Counted from the first letter of the whole stretch, positions 48,219-61,844 are shown. The stretch is 63,524 nucleotides of DNA, filler included, from Folioceros fuciformis (GCA_049999805.1; 11 parts of 11 records of this genome joined end to end with filler, not necessarily neighbours in it); one strand, 5' to 3'. The notes: generated by a model not told the origin, from the sequence alone. Made by a program: numbers and translations.

Positions 48219-49349
48219 GCTGCTGAGTCCCGAGTCATGGCATGCATAAATACATAGCGGCTGGGTCATTGGTGCACACTTGTTAGAACAGGTATGCTCA
48301 GAGCAAGAGCTTGTGCGCTATCGTTTGCTCCTAGTGCAAACGTGTGTACAACAATTGGTTCTTAATTGGGTCTTAACTAAGACTTGAAAATCCCACTTGG
48401 CTTCCAACTCACACATCTAGATACCAATAGATTGATTCAAACAATGGCAAGAATGATCATTTATCGTTTGGATTTAGAGCAAAAACCTAGTTTTTCTAGA
48501 CAAACCCAAACTATTTTGGACTCTATGTCATAAAGTCAATTCCAAAAAAATGGACATACATATAAATAAGATAATAGTATTTTTAAAGCTTTTTTTAGTT
48601 GATATTAAATAATCATATTCTTTGTGTGCACTCTTCGTTATATTCAAATGCTGGCTTAAATGAAAATCTTAAAGAAAGTGTGATAACCATGGAAGAGAAT
48701 TAACATGATATATGGGGTTGGGATAACCACATTTGTGGTTCTATTGTTAGAGCTGTTGAGCATCGCTGCATACTCAGTGCCTTGCATATGATATTACGTG
48801 ACCATGGCCTTGACTGTTGATACCCGTTGGGGGCAAGCAAAGTTGAATTGTTTAACGATAATGAGGGTTTGGAGAAGTCTAAGTCAAGAATCAAGCCTAC
48901 TATATTCTGGACACGGAGATGGAAGATGTACACCAGGCTATTGCAGCCCTCGAGGAAGCAACTATTCAAGAATGCTAGGAAACAGAGAACTCAGTGCAAG
49001 AGGAATGGATGGACTCATAAGTCAGACAACATATGATGGAGGCGGCCGCCACGACGAGCTGCGATTCTCCAAATGACCTCTTCTTCCAGGCGATTACGCA
49101 GATGTGCAGATCATGGCTGACAAGCAGACGGGAAGATAGATTGATTCTCCCCTTAGAAATTCCAACTGATGGGATTCCATTGCCACCGACCATATGATCT
49201 AGGCCAAATATCCATGGGGGATTGCTTTGCATGCTTAGGTGTATGAGGTGAAGAAGATTAAAAAGCCCCGCACTGTAGAAGGTTGTGAAGGGCACTGGAC
49301 TATGCAGGTGATGGAGGAGGCAACGATTAGGCACCTTGACCGCACGTTC

Positions 49350-49697
49350 ATCTTTGCCAAAGTCAATTTCACAAACTATGGCCCCAAAGCCCTGGCTGGT
49401 GCTTCCATACGAAGCCGCTCTCTAAGTTCGTCCTTTCGACGAAGCGCTGCCGTAACGTGATACTCGCAAAAGTCAATGACCCGTCTCCATGGTGTCGTTG
49501 CTCACCCTGTCCGAGGGGTCATTGCTCACCCTGTCCGAGGGGTCACTGCTCATCCCATTGATCGGGATAGGCGTTTGGGCGTGGTCAGCTCCTTCAACGA
49601 TGTTCTTCAACCTCTGGCTTTGAAGCGCGACAGCTTCATCGACCTCGAAGATCTTGTTATCCTCGCTCTGCAATAATACTTTCCTCACCGGATACAT
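49350..49697 (-). pseudogene. SKP1-like pseudogene
   Basis: KVLLQSEDNKIFEVDEAVALQSQRLKNIVE...PIPI matches the SKP1 POZ N-terminus. After a 24-bp triplication and a frameshift it continues VIDFCEYHVTAA...*FVK. Confidence 0.8.
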
Positions 49698-49830
49698 GGC
49701 TGCGATAGCTCGACCTAGGTCTTATCCCCTTGTCAAAATCTGTCAGCAACTACGCAAGCCCAGTAGATCGAAAGCAGAAAGCAGCTGCAGCACCAATTTT
49801 TATCAGTGGAATCCTAGCAACACAAGCGAC

Positions 49831-50055
49831 GGCCAGAAGCGGAAGAGGAGCACACTCAAAGAAGCGGAAAGGCCAGAAGCGGACGAGGCGCACAGTGAAA
49901 TAAGCGAGGAGGCCAGAAGCGGACGAGGCGCACAGTGAAATAAGCGAGGAGGCCAGAAGCGGACGAGGCGCACAGTGAAATAAGCGAGGAGGCCAGAAGC
50001 GGACGAGGCGCACAGTGAAATAAGCGAGGAGGCCAGAAGCGGAGGAGACGCACAC
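49831..50055. repeat. 40-bp minisatellite, 4 perfect plus 2 degenerate copies
   Basis: ggccagaagcggacgaggcgcacagtgaaataagcgagga at 49871, 49911, 49951 and 49991. Confidence 0.95.
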
Positions 50056-50701
50056 TCACGTCCTTCCACAAACAGAGCTCCCAGTTTAGAAGATGCTTTG
50101 TGCTGAAATACGATACAGCGAGCGAGACATGGCTCTGAGATTTGCAGGACGCAGACCACTGGAATTGCGAAGCCTGAAAAACCACAGCAACTTATTGCTA
50201 TCTTAGTTGAGATGCGAACCGAAGCACTACTGATCCGGTTCCTAGCGTCCCAGGTCCCAGGCTAGCCAACAAGTACAACGACAACGGATGTCCGCGTCCC
50301 GGATCCGGGGAACGCCATGAGTTACTTCCTTGTGCTTTGGAATCGTCGGTGGCTGCTTGTGTGGTGAATTTCAGTCCGGGACTCAGTTTCTTCGTTGTGC
50401 ACAGCCTTTGAAGACGGAGTACATGCGTCTGTTGTTGGAATTCGACACTACAAGACAACAGTTTCCCATGATTTGGAAGACGCATTGGTTGGCTTTCTTG
50501 TGTGTTGGAATCCAATTCCACCAGGTATCAGTTTAAATTACTTCCTTGCGATTCTGCAAGCAGCAACTATTGTTTGCTTGTATATTGGATTGCAATAGAA
50601 CNNNNNNNNNNNNNNNNNNNNNNNNNNNNNNNNNNNNNNNNNNNNTTAATTAATTAANNNNNNNNNNNNNNNNNNNNNNNNNNNNNNNNNNNNNNNNNNN
50701 N

Positions 50702-53700
50702 CGCTAGGCCTCCTACGGGCGAGGGTGCCTGGCCTGCCTAGGGGCGCCAGGGGCGCCTGTGGCAGACCCCTACCGCGGCGCCACCGGCCGCTAGAGCAGG
50801 GCGGAGGGCACCGAGCTCCGCTGGGTGCCTTCAGCGCCAGCGGGCCCTACCTGGCCGGCAGACACAGACCCAACCGGCGGGCTCGGACCCGGTCGTCGGG
50901 CTCGAATCCGGTTGCCGGGACCTGGATATTGGGCGAGGACCGATACGGCAGGCGAAGACCGGGCCGGACGAGAGGACGCTGATTGCGGGCACCAGAAGGT
51001 GTCTCGGGTGCCGGAGAGCGGGCGCTAGATGACGAGTGCCGGAGCACCGACGTCGAGGGCGAAGACGGGAGCTAGTTGGGATCCCGGCCACGAGGCGGAA
51101 TCGGATCTCAACGGAGGATTTAGGCTCGACGTGTCGGCCTAAATTGTGGACAAACAAATTGGAACAAGAGTAACAAAATCTACATTACATTCCGTTTGTT
51201 TCTAACTAGCATTTTGCTTGTTTTGCATCGATTTTGAAACATGACGTCTTGAGAAAACGTCATGTTCAATATCGAGAAGTTAGATGGTACTAACTTCCCG
51301 TTCTAGAAAGAACAAGTGTATAATGTTCTAGTATAGAAGAAGTAGATCAAGCGCATCAAGCTGCTAGGAGTGAAACCCATTAGCATGACTCAGGATGAGT
51401 GGCAGGATCTAGATGAGCTTGCTAGGTCTACCATCATGCTAACATTGTCGAAGTCAGTCTACTTCAACGTGAAAGACAAGACCACAAGTTTCGAGCTATG
51501 GCAGAAGTTGTGTGACTTGTACGAGAAGCAAAGTGCCGCTTCTCAGGTGTACTAGTTGAAACAGCTGGTGGACTTGAAGATGAAGGAAGGGACGAGGATG
51601 TCCGATCATCTGAATGAGTTCAATACCATTTTCAGCCAGCTCTCATCTCAAGGTATCTCGTTCCCAGATTTCGTGAGAGCTATGTTTCTGTTGGTCACAT
51701 TACTAGAGAGCTGGGACACCTGTCGTATAGCTCTGAGAAATTTTGCTCCTGCCAATGGTCTTACCGTTGTAAATGTAGAAGGTAGCCTGTTAACATAGGA
51801 GGTGAATAGGAAGAATTTAAAACCCTCAAAAGGTTCCAATGCCCTCATGGTGAGAGGAAGGTCCACTTCAAAGGGGAAGTACAAGGAGCGAAGTCTTTCC
51901 CGTAGCAAATCTCATAGTCGTAACAATGTTGAGTGTTACCATTGTCATAAGAAGGGTCACATCAGACGGGACTGCAAGAAGTTCAAGAAGGACAAAGGAA
52001 AAGAGAAGAAGCACAGCGACAACAAGGCAAGTCCGAGTGTCAAGCGTGACGAGGTGAACTCTGTTGATGATGGAGATGTTCTCACCTCTTCTTCCTTCGA
52101 TTCTGCACAACTGACAACCTTGGAGAGTCACTTATTTTCTAATTGGATAATTGACTCTGGAGCATCTTTCCATGTTACTCCGCATAGGGAGTGGTTTAGC
52201 ACTTATGATGCTACTAGGAAAGGATGTGTTCGGCTTGGAAATAACTACGCATGCGAGATTGCAGGCGTTGATGATGTGTAGCTAAAGTTCGACAATGGAT
52301 CTTCATTCGTATTGAAGGATGTTAGGCATGTTCCGAAGTTGACCAAAAGCATGATTAGCTCAGGGCGGTTCAATGATGCTAGCTACCACTGTTGGTTTGC
52401 AGATCGTTCTTGGAAGATCTCCAAAGGTTCTCTTGTATTAGCTCGTGGATCGAAGTGTGGCACTTTGTACTCACTTCAGGTAACCACTGTCAAGGATCAT
52501 GTGATTTGTGTAACGGAACAGCCAAATGTTTCCTTGAGGCATAGCCGGTTAGGACATATGTCTCAAAAAGGAATGAAGATCTTATCTCGTTTTGGTTACG
52601 TCCGTGCTTTTGACTTCTCCAATTTCTTCGATTTCTCCATGTGTGAGCACTGTTTGTATGGGAAACAGACGAAGTCACCACATGGAGCAAGAGGTAAACA
52701 CAAACGTAAACCTCTTGAGTTGGTTCACAGTGACATTTGTGAACCTATGCCCACTGTATCATTAGACGGTGCATCTTATTTTGTCACTTTCATATATGAT
52801 TTCTCACGCAAGGTGTGGGTTTATCCTTTGAGGAAAAAGGATGATGTTCTGATAGTGTTTCAGAAATTCGTCACCCTTTTAGAGAATCAGTCTGGCCTTT
52901 GATTGAAGTGTCTAAGGACAGACAATGGGGGAGTATGTTTCGAAGGCTTTCCAGTCATTCTGTGATTCCAAGGGAATCAAGAGAGAATTGACTGCCCCCG
53001 TATACTCCTCCCTGGAATGGTGTGGCCGAACGGATGAACAAGACCATCTAGGAGAGGATGCGTAGTTCATTGTCAAACTCTGGATTGCCTAACAGATTTT
53101 GGGTGGAAAAAGTGGTTACTGCGGTGCATCTTATTAACAGATCTCCTATTAGGGCTATGAATGAGTAGGTTCCAGAGAAGATGTGGTCTGGAAAGAAGCC
53201 GTCATACAAGCATCTACGAGTGTTTGGCTGCGAGGCATACTACCATGTTCTGAAGGAGTTTCGGGACAAGTTGGCACCTAAGTCCTAGAAATGTATTTTT
53301 CTTGGCTATGGTGAGTCTGGTGAGATGGGATACCATGTGTGTGATCCAGAGGCCAAGAGGATGGTTCGCAGCTATGACGTATTCTTCAATGAGACCAAGA
53401 TGCACAAGAGGCCTACTCCAACTGTGGAGGTGCGACAGGTGGTCTTTCAAGAAGATGGATTTGACTGTCCCGCACAGGTTGAACATCGTGATGTGCAGGA
53501 ACAAGTTCCTCCACTTGTAGAAGCAGAGAGAGTGCAACCAACTCCGGTCGAGGCGATAGTGCTTCGTAAGACAGGAAGGATTTCACGTCTTCCTGATATG
53601 TATGTTGCAGCTCTTGATAATGTCATGTTGACGGATTGTGGGGAGCCCTCTTGTTATCAAGAGGCCATGTCAGTGACTAACAAGGACAAGTGGGAGAAGG

Positions 53701-55541
53701 CGATGTAGTCGTAGATGGATTCGCTCCACAAGAACCAAACTTGGGAGTTGGTTCAGTTGCTTAAGGGCAAGAAGGCGTTGCCATGCAAATGGGTGTATAA
53801 GATGAAGGACATACCCCATTATGGCAAACCCAAGTACAAGGCACGATTGGTTGCTAAGGGTTTTAAGCAACAGCAAGGTATTGACTTTGATGAGATTTTC
53901 TTGCCAGTTGTCAAAATGACCACCTTCCGATGTGTCCTTGGTCTGGTTGCGAGGCACGACATGGAACTTATCCAGATGGATGTGGAGCCGGCATTTCTGC
54001 ATGGTGATCTCCAGGAAGAGGTTTACATGCAGCAACTAGAGGGTTTCATTGAGAAAGGCAAAGAGAATCTGGTGTGCAGGTTAAAGAAGAGCCTTTATGG
54101 TTTGGAGCAAGCACCCAGGGAATGGTATTTCAAGTTCCACTCATTTATGCTTTCTCAAGGCTACAAACGTAGCGATGAGGATCAGTGCCTCTATAAGAAG
54201 CAAGCTAAGAATGGAATTTTGCTCATTTTGGTCCTCTATTTGGATGATATGTTAATTGCTGGGACTAACAGTGATGAGATTTTAGCGTTGAAGTCAAAGT
54301 TGAATACTCGCTTTGACATGATAGACTTGGGAGAGGCCAGCCATATTCTTGGCATGCGTATTCGTTGAGACAGAGAGAAGCGTTTGCTTTACTTGTCTCA
54401 CACTGAATACTAATATTAACAAGGTGCTTCAACGTTTCAATATCGAGAAGGGGAAGGTATTGAGTACTCCGTTGCCTCCATATGTGAAACTTTCGAGCAA
54501 AGATTGTCCAAATTCTGCGGAGGAGAAAGGTGAAATGGAGAAGGCTCCATACTCATCACCTGAAAGGAGTTTGATGTATGCAATGATTACTACACGTCCC
54601 GACATTGCGTTTGCAATGGGAGTGGTTAGCAGGTTTATGTCAAACCGCGGCATGAAGCATTGGGAGGCAATGAAAGGGGTTATGAGGTACTTGGATGGTA
54701 CGAAAGCTTTGTGCTTATGTCTTGGTAGTGAAGATGCATCTGTTGTGGGATAGACAGATGCTAATTATGCAGGGGATATGGACAAAAGGAGGTCCACATC
54801 AGATTATGTCTTCATGTGCATTGGAGGGCTAGTCTCATGGCGATCTCGTTTGCAATCATCCATAATGCTATCTACCACACAGGCCGAGTATGTTGCAGCG
54901 ACTGAGGCTTGCAAGGAAGCCATGTGGCTTGCTCATTTAGTGGGAGATTTGGGGATGAAGGTTGAGCTGCCAGTGTTGCATTGTGATAGCCAGAGTGCTA
55001 TCCAGTTGGCGAACAATCCATTGTTTCATGCGAAGACCAAACATGTGGAAGTGAAGTATCACTTCATTCAAGAGGTGTTGGAAGACAAGAGGGTACAGCT
55101 TGTAAAAGTTCACACCAGTCAGAACCTTGCAGATGTTCTTACCAAGGGGCTCTCTACGGAGCAATTCGCACAAGCTCGAATACTCATGGGCATGAGGTAG
55201 ACCACTCTCCTATGAAGGTAAATTGGCCTTTAAGTGGGAGGTTGTAGGATTAATAAAGCCCAATGTGCTTAGACTAATGTGTTTAGTCTAAGATTAGTGT
55301 CTAGTTAATGACCATTAGTTTAGATTAGCTTAAGCTAATCTGCAGGAAGCTTCTTGCGCAGCTTCCTGTGCGCTTCTTGTGAAGCTTCTTAGGGAGGTCT
55401 TCTAGAGGGTATGAATACCCCCTTGAGCTCCCTTGCATGTTGACACTCATTGTGAGAGTGTGATCTCTCTCTTTCTCCTCTCCTCCTTGCCTCTCCTCCT
55501 CTCCTCCTTCACCATGTAGCTCTTGTAGCGGTCCTATAACA
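50702..55541 (+). mobile_element. Near full-length Ty1/copia (Tnt1/Tork-like) element with many stops; 5' LTR beyond the gap
   Basis: gag IEKLDGTNF, CYHCHKKGHIRRDC, WIIDSGASFH, LELVHSDIC, RT (CKWVYK, ARLVAKGF, YLDD) and RNase H to 55200. PPT aagtgggag, LTR 55243-55541 (tgtag...taaca). Confidence 0.95.
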
Positions 55542-57289
55542 GCTAGTATAGAGGTGGGGGAAGCTGACTTAGCAGTGATGTAATGTGATTCATTGCGAGG
55601 AGAATCGTGACAAGGTTCTCCAACAAGCTTTTTCCTGCACTCGTTCTCGTAGTGCCCAGGAATACGCACAAATTTCACGGACCCTTGGTCTTGCGTTCAG
55701 GCTGTTTGTAGCCTCCAAAGGATGCTTGAGTGAAAGGCTTCCGTGCTTGAAAGTTGTCGCGGCCGCCTCCTCTTTCGGCACCGCGTCCTGTTGCCGTGAA
55801 CAGTGCATGAGTGCTGGATGACGATGATTTATGGTTCATGGACTTGCTAGATTCCTCCTCTAGGAGAGCTGCAACCACCTCTGTAAAGGTATAGGTAGGT
55901 TGCTATCCTGCGGTTGTCGCCTGAATTGTTGCGCAAATTGCTCAATTTTGTGCGCTGATAAAAGTTCTAAATGCAGGTGGCAAGGAGGTTAGTAGCGTGA
56001 CTACAGCTTGCAACTCTGAGATCAAGGCACCTCCTGAGGCTAGCTTTGCTTTGAGGAATTGGAATACATCTACATGTTGTTCCACTATCTCTGAATCTTT
56101 CATCCTCAAAGAATAGAATTGTCTCGTTGCGTTGATGAGAGACATGCTGCTTTGGGCTTGAAACATGTCTTTAAAAGTTGTCCAAATGGCATTGGAAGTG
56201 GTTTGCACATTGGTGTGTTGCATCATGCTCTTATCAATGGCAAATATGAGAATACTTCTAGCACGCTTGTCCTTTTTGGTCCAAGCGGCAATCTGGTCAG
56301 CAGTGGTAGGAGGAGTAGAAGTGGTAGTCGGTTGGGCGACCGTACCATCGACTATGCGCATGAGGTCATGTTCCTCCACTAGCACAGTGATGCACATCTG
56401 CCAGATGTCGTAGTCGCTTCTTGTGAAGCGGTCTCGATCTCGACACTCTACCTTGGTGGTGTGGATAATGCTAGTGGCCATGGCTGGACGATGTGCTCGA
56501 TGGGTAAGCTTTTAGGAATCAATTTGTATCTTGACCTAGTGGATCGAAGCAAGGCATTCGCCTACTTAGAGGGCTTCGGGCAGATTGGAGATAGCTATGA
56601 GAAGTACCTCCATTTGAGATTTGATCACCGCTAACTGGCTTTTGAGATAGTCCTTAGAAGAGGTGGCTAGATTGCAATGCGCTGAGGAGATAGTGCTACG
56701 GCGGCGCGCTGGTAAGGTTATCACTTTGTGGATTCTCAAATAGCTAGTTGCTTCTTGGAGATGATTTGGTCAAGTGACAAAGGTGTCTCCACAACAGGCC
56801 CAGATTCGTTCTAGTGGAGTTACAGCTCGTGCGCGGCGAGGCGGTGTGTGGGCAATTCGGCTCGGGGCATTCCTACTTGAGGCGTAGCTCGCTAGGGTGC
56901 GACGCCGAGGCATGGTAGATAGCTCAAAATTGTTGGAGTCCGCTGCCATTGCTCTGTGCGTGCTCCATGTTGAATGGCTGTGGGAAGCCAAGCACGGGGC
57001 GCGTTTGTGAGGCCAGACGGGGGGCGGCTCGCCTGCTCTGATACCATTAAGTAAAGCGAGCTTAAGCAGAAAAGGATGTTTACATTGATGAGAAGTTGGT
57101 CTATTTATACAATTGGTTCATAGTAGTTGTAACTACTTGCGTGAGGTGCTGGATAACTAACTCTACGTAACCGTTGAGGTTGAATACGGTAAATGCTATT
57201 TATCGCACTTAATTAATATTTATTGCCTATTCATGTGAACTGTGCCCTAAGTGCCGCTACCAGTGTAGCCTGCGCATAAGTTCACAACA
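55542..57289 (-). mobile_element. 5' part of a copia element (LTR 57047-57289, PBS, gag), truncated by the neighbouring copia
   Basis: PBS at 57035-57046. gag ORF 55942-56481 (DYDIW...DLMRIVDG...WTKKDKRAR...LRMKD...LLTSLP). Confidence 0.85.
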
Positions 57290-57624
57290 GTCCTCCCCTC
57301 CTAAATCCGTTATTAAATCCGTTATTGATGAACATGGGCTACCATTCCAATATCTAGCCTAAGGCTTCAAATGAGGAGAAGATTAAACCTAATGTAACAA
57401 TGGTAGAAGCATTTATGGTCATAAGTCTAGCAACAATGTTGGTGGAGAGAATGAAGGATAGAAGAGACTATGCTTTGGTGATAAACTTGTAAACGAAGTC
57501 CTTTCTCAAAGGTTGTTCACATTGTAGAAGGATCTTTTTTCTTTTGTATACGATGTACCTCTTAAAAAAAAGAAAAACAGCTACGTCTCATTTTTGGTTT
57601 TATGAAAGCTAGTAGGCAATTTCC

Positions 57625-58367
57625 CTATTAGCAATGGTGTTTTTTTGTATTTGTTCTAGTGTTACATGAGATAAGCTAATGTTATGAAAAAAGGGATTAG
57701 AATATGTATCCTCTTTGGTACAGTAGGGCAACAAAAGGTGCCAAAGTCAACAAAGATGCTCAACAATGGTTTTGTCCATAGTAATGAGATTGGGGCGCCT
57801 CAGGAGAAATATGGGGCATGTGGAAATGAGCCAAGGGTGTTCGTAAGCGATGTCTCTATTAGCAATGGAGTTTCTTGTATTCGTTCTAACATTACCTGAG
57901 ATAAGTCAATGTTATGGAAAAAGGTATAAGAATATGTATCCTCTTTGGTATCCCATACAGCAGTGTAACAAAAGGTGCTAGAGTCAACAAAGATGCTAAG
58001 CAATGGTTTTGTCCATAGTAATGGGTGGCGTGGAAATGAAGTAGGTAGGAGATTGGGTTGTCTAGGAGAAATATGGGGGTTGTGGAAATGAGCCAAGGGT
58101 GTTCGTAGGTGATGTCCCTATTAGCAATGGAGTTTTTTGTATTCGTTTCAGCGTTACATGAGATAAGTCGATGTTATGAAAAAAGGTATCGGAATATGTA
58201 CCTCTTTGGTATCCCATACAGCAGTGCAACAAAAGGTGCCACAGTCAACAAAGATGCTGAGCAATGGTTCTGTCCATAGTAATGGGTGGCATGGATATGA
58301 AGTAGGAAGGAGATTGGGGCGCCTAGGAGAAATATGGGGCATGTGGAAAAGAGCCAAGGGTGTTCGT
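57625..58367. repeat. ~262-bp tandem repeat, 3 copies (first copy internally deleted)
   Basis: ctattagcaatgg starts at 57625, 57856 and 58118, with colinear interiors. Confidence 0.92.
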
Positions 58368-58943
58368 CAACTTGCTTTGGGTGCAGCCAAACGACGCGGT
58401 GGCGGGAAAATGAAGACGCGAACCATGTACTGTATGTATTGGGGCGCATGGAAACCATGGGATGCGTTCCTGGAAATGAAGACCGCGCAGGAGAGAGACC
58501 GTACCTATGTATGATGAGACGGAGAGAGAGATGGGCAAGGGGACAGGGACGTGGGACCCGTGGAGATGAGATGGGGAATGGGTGATCCGGTGCGGAGAGA
58601 CGAGATGGCGAGTTAGTCCACATACGTGTACAGTATGGCTTGTAGGAATGGTGGGCCTCACCTCTGCTTCAGAACGTACAGGCGTGTGAATTTCAGGAGC
58701 CGAGTGTAGCCTTTTTTTTACTGACGTAATGGTGACAAGGGATTGAAAAAATCTAATAACCTGTTGTCGATCGTGACATCCCGGTCGGCCCACTCCCAGG
58801 ACAAGACGAGGGCGGCGGGACCGACCACCGACTAACGACTGCGAGTCCTGGACCCTGCCTCGGGCTCAAGGCACGCATGGCTTCAACACAAGTCTTGAGT
58901 CGCGATTTGTGATTCGCGACTCGTGGAGCTGCAAAAGTTTGCG

Positions 58944-59992
58944 ATGAGGGGAGGAGACAACGCGTACGCAAGCCCCATCGCCATAGCTGTGCCCTGCTCG
59001 CACGAGCTCAAGCGCGGTAGCGGCCAGGACCCAAGGGAGGGATGGCAGGAGGAGAGAACCGGGAGCGGAAACGGCAATGGCAACGGCTCGCGCCGCTTGT
59101 CGGCCAGGCAGGTGCAGGTGCTGGAGAAGAATTTCGCGCGGGGATTGGAGGGCCCGCTAGAGCCCGCGTTGAAGAAGCAGCTGGCGCTGGAGCTAGGGAT
59201 GGAGCCTCGCCGGGTTGCCGTCTGGTTCCAGAACCGCCGAGTCCGATCCAGGGCTAAGCAGCTGGAGGCGGACACGGCGGCTTTGAAGGCGTCCTACGCC
59301 AATCTGACTGCCCGGCATCGGGAGCTTGGTGCGGAGGTTAGGCAATGGAGTCCTTTCTCCTGTCTCTTTGGATTCCACATCGTCACCTGCCTTTACTTGC
59401 AATGCAACTGCAAAGGAAGTCCCAGGTTTGATGTTCAATGTCCGCGCGTACTCGTTTGTTGCCCTTGGACGTACAGGTGCAGCTCCTGCGGACACTCGTA
59501 TCCACGCACACCAGGGCACGATTGCATACCGGGGTAGGTGCCGGCATGTCTGATCAAGACGCCTCCAGCAGTACGATTTTGAGTACCTGCGCGGACGGCA
59601 ACCGCTGTTCGGACGCCGGAGGGGCTGCTGGTAGCGCTGACATCGCTTGCATCCGGATGGAGCTGGAAGATGAATCCGCATGCGCTGGTGGCCGTGCCCA
59701 AATGCTTTCGAGCGCAGTTTCCTGTGGTATGCACGCAGCCAAGGCAGAATTCATGGCCTTTCCTCCGCCTGCAGCTCCTCCTCCGGCTGCGGAAAGGCCT
59801 GAATGCACGTCGTTCACGATCTTGGAGGATACAACAATGGCAGCTTCTTCACCCGAACTGGAGGCAATAGCGGCTGCTGGCGCCGCGGCTGATGGCGTAA
59901 TCGAGCGTCGGGATGCATTTGAGCTACTGGATGTCGAGGTGGATGAAAGCTACCTGTGGCCTGTTTTTGAGGACGAAGCACTGTTGCTGTAA
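58944..59992 (+). CDS. HD-Zip class I homeodomain-leucine zipper transcription factor, 2 exons
   Basis: RRLSARQVQVLEKNF...LEP...LALELGMEPRRVAVWFQNRR..KQLE.D followed by leucine heptads. A phase-0 GT-AG intron at 59337-59476 keeps the frame. Acidic/aromatic C-terminus (ESYLWPVF). Confidence 0.88.
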
Positions 59993-61844
59993 TAGTACAG
60001 TTCTACACGAATCGGAACTGTTGTCTCACTTCCAGGTACTACTAGACACAGGAACGCGCGCCAAGAATACATTCAACTTTGAAACACCAGTTCCACTTTC
60101 GCAGTTATTCCTGCCGGTAAGTGTTCATGAATTCATGATCTCACCGCTCACAACCTCACTCACCAAAACGAATTGGCATACACTCAAAGTTGATCAAATG
60201 CCTCACCACATGCAATCGTCTGTAGGTTTTCAATTGTGCACAGGAATCCTCTTCAGCTTTTTAGATGAGTNNNNNNNNNNNNNNNNNNNNNNNNNNNNNN
60301 NNNNNNNNNNNNNNTTAATTAATTAANNNNNNNNNNNNNNNNNNNNNNNNNNNNNNNNNNNNNNNNNNNNGCCTGGAGGTGAGAAACCACCTCGGGTTCA
60401 TAGTAAGCTCCTATCCGGGACACTTTCACTTGCGCTCCCTGAACCTCCCTCTCCTGAGTGCCTGCGCGAAGTAACAGTCAGTTGTTCAGGTCATTGCACA
60501 TTCTCGCATGACAATTTTTTCACATGCAAAGATTTGCAGCAGAATTTACCATGGCCTGCCAACTTGAGAGTCTTGGACAAGCCGGGAGGAGCGGTGATGC
60601 TGTCGGGGAACGTGTCGGCCACTGTCATACAACATCCCGGAATGCTTCAGATCCAAATCTTGTGTGCCTTATAACACTCCAGTTTCACTAATGCAGCACT
60701 TACTAGATCCTACTCTCTTGTGCTGAAGCTAGCCTGAGGTGATAGCAGCAGATTTCGCTTTGCAAATGCAAGGCTCTGGACGAACAGGGCTCCAATTCTC
60801 GACTTTGGTAAACTGCGATTCAAGAATTGAACATGTCATGTCGAGGTGAGCATTTGTACCCCGAACTCGTACCTGCACCCGGATTGAAGGTTCCCTGGAG
60901 CCGTCCAAGAGCTTGTGCTTGCAGGTCACGCTTAGGTCGGCGACATCGGTAAAAGTGGTCAAAAGGGCGGAGGTGTCACCTATGTTTTCAGAACCAATTC
61001 GGGGAGGCCAGAGCGACTTCTAACGCAAAATAATGTTGCCCAGGTCGTCAGGTCTTTGCAGGCTTTCGGACGGGCCCTACGTCTGGACCAATGGCTGACG
61101 AGGTGAAGCATCATTACCAAGCGGCCTGATGTATAAAATTTGCTCCCGCATTACGCTGTGAAGCATCGGGTGAGAACCCGTGACGCTGCGTTCACACAGG
61201 ATCGCCTCACAACTGCCCCCTTTAAACATTTCTCCCACCGACCACGCAGAAAGTTCTTGTCAGGGTTCGCAGCAACGGATGCCGAACAAGGCTAGAAACA
61301 TCTGACCATGGTGTTACCGAGAGGGAGACTTGGGCAGTCCGACACCGCTTGTAATGATTTTTCTGCACACGAACTTTATGCATATTTATTGAAACGCAAC
61401 GCCATTGAGCCCAGAAACTATCAACCACGCTTAAGACATCACGGTTCATAAGGAGGAAATTTTTCTTAACATTTGTCCCCTCTCTTACCTTTGTTGTGGT
61501 GTAATGTTCCCTACACCCGGACTGAAGTTTTCAAGGATTTGTTCAACAGCTGGTTGGGGGAGGCATTCCACTTCATGGCTGATTGGCTTCAACCATACAA
61601 GCAATTAATCAGCCGACAAGCATGATTCTCTTTCCCTTTTACCTCATAGCTTGGAGGCTGTTGCATGTATATCTTAGTGTCAAGTTTCCCATGTAGGTAT
61701 GCTGTTTTGACGTCATACATTTGCAGTTCGTAATCATAATGTGTGGATATGGTAAGGATTGTTCTGAGGGTGGCAAGCTTGACGACTGGAGCAAAAGTTT
61801 CAAGATAGTCCAGGCCTTGAACCTGAGAGAATCCCCTTGTGTGG

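Noticed and set aside
60371-61840. Possible spliced minus-strand gene fragment (GT-AG pair near 60815-60872)
   Set aside because: I could not assemble a coherent frame or recognise a domain.
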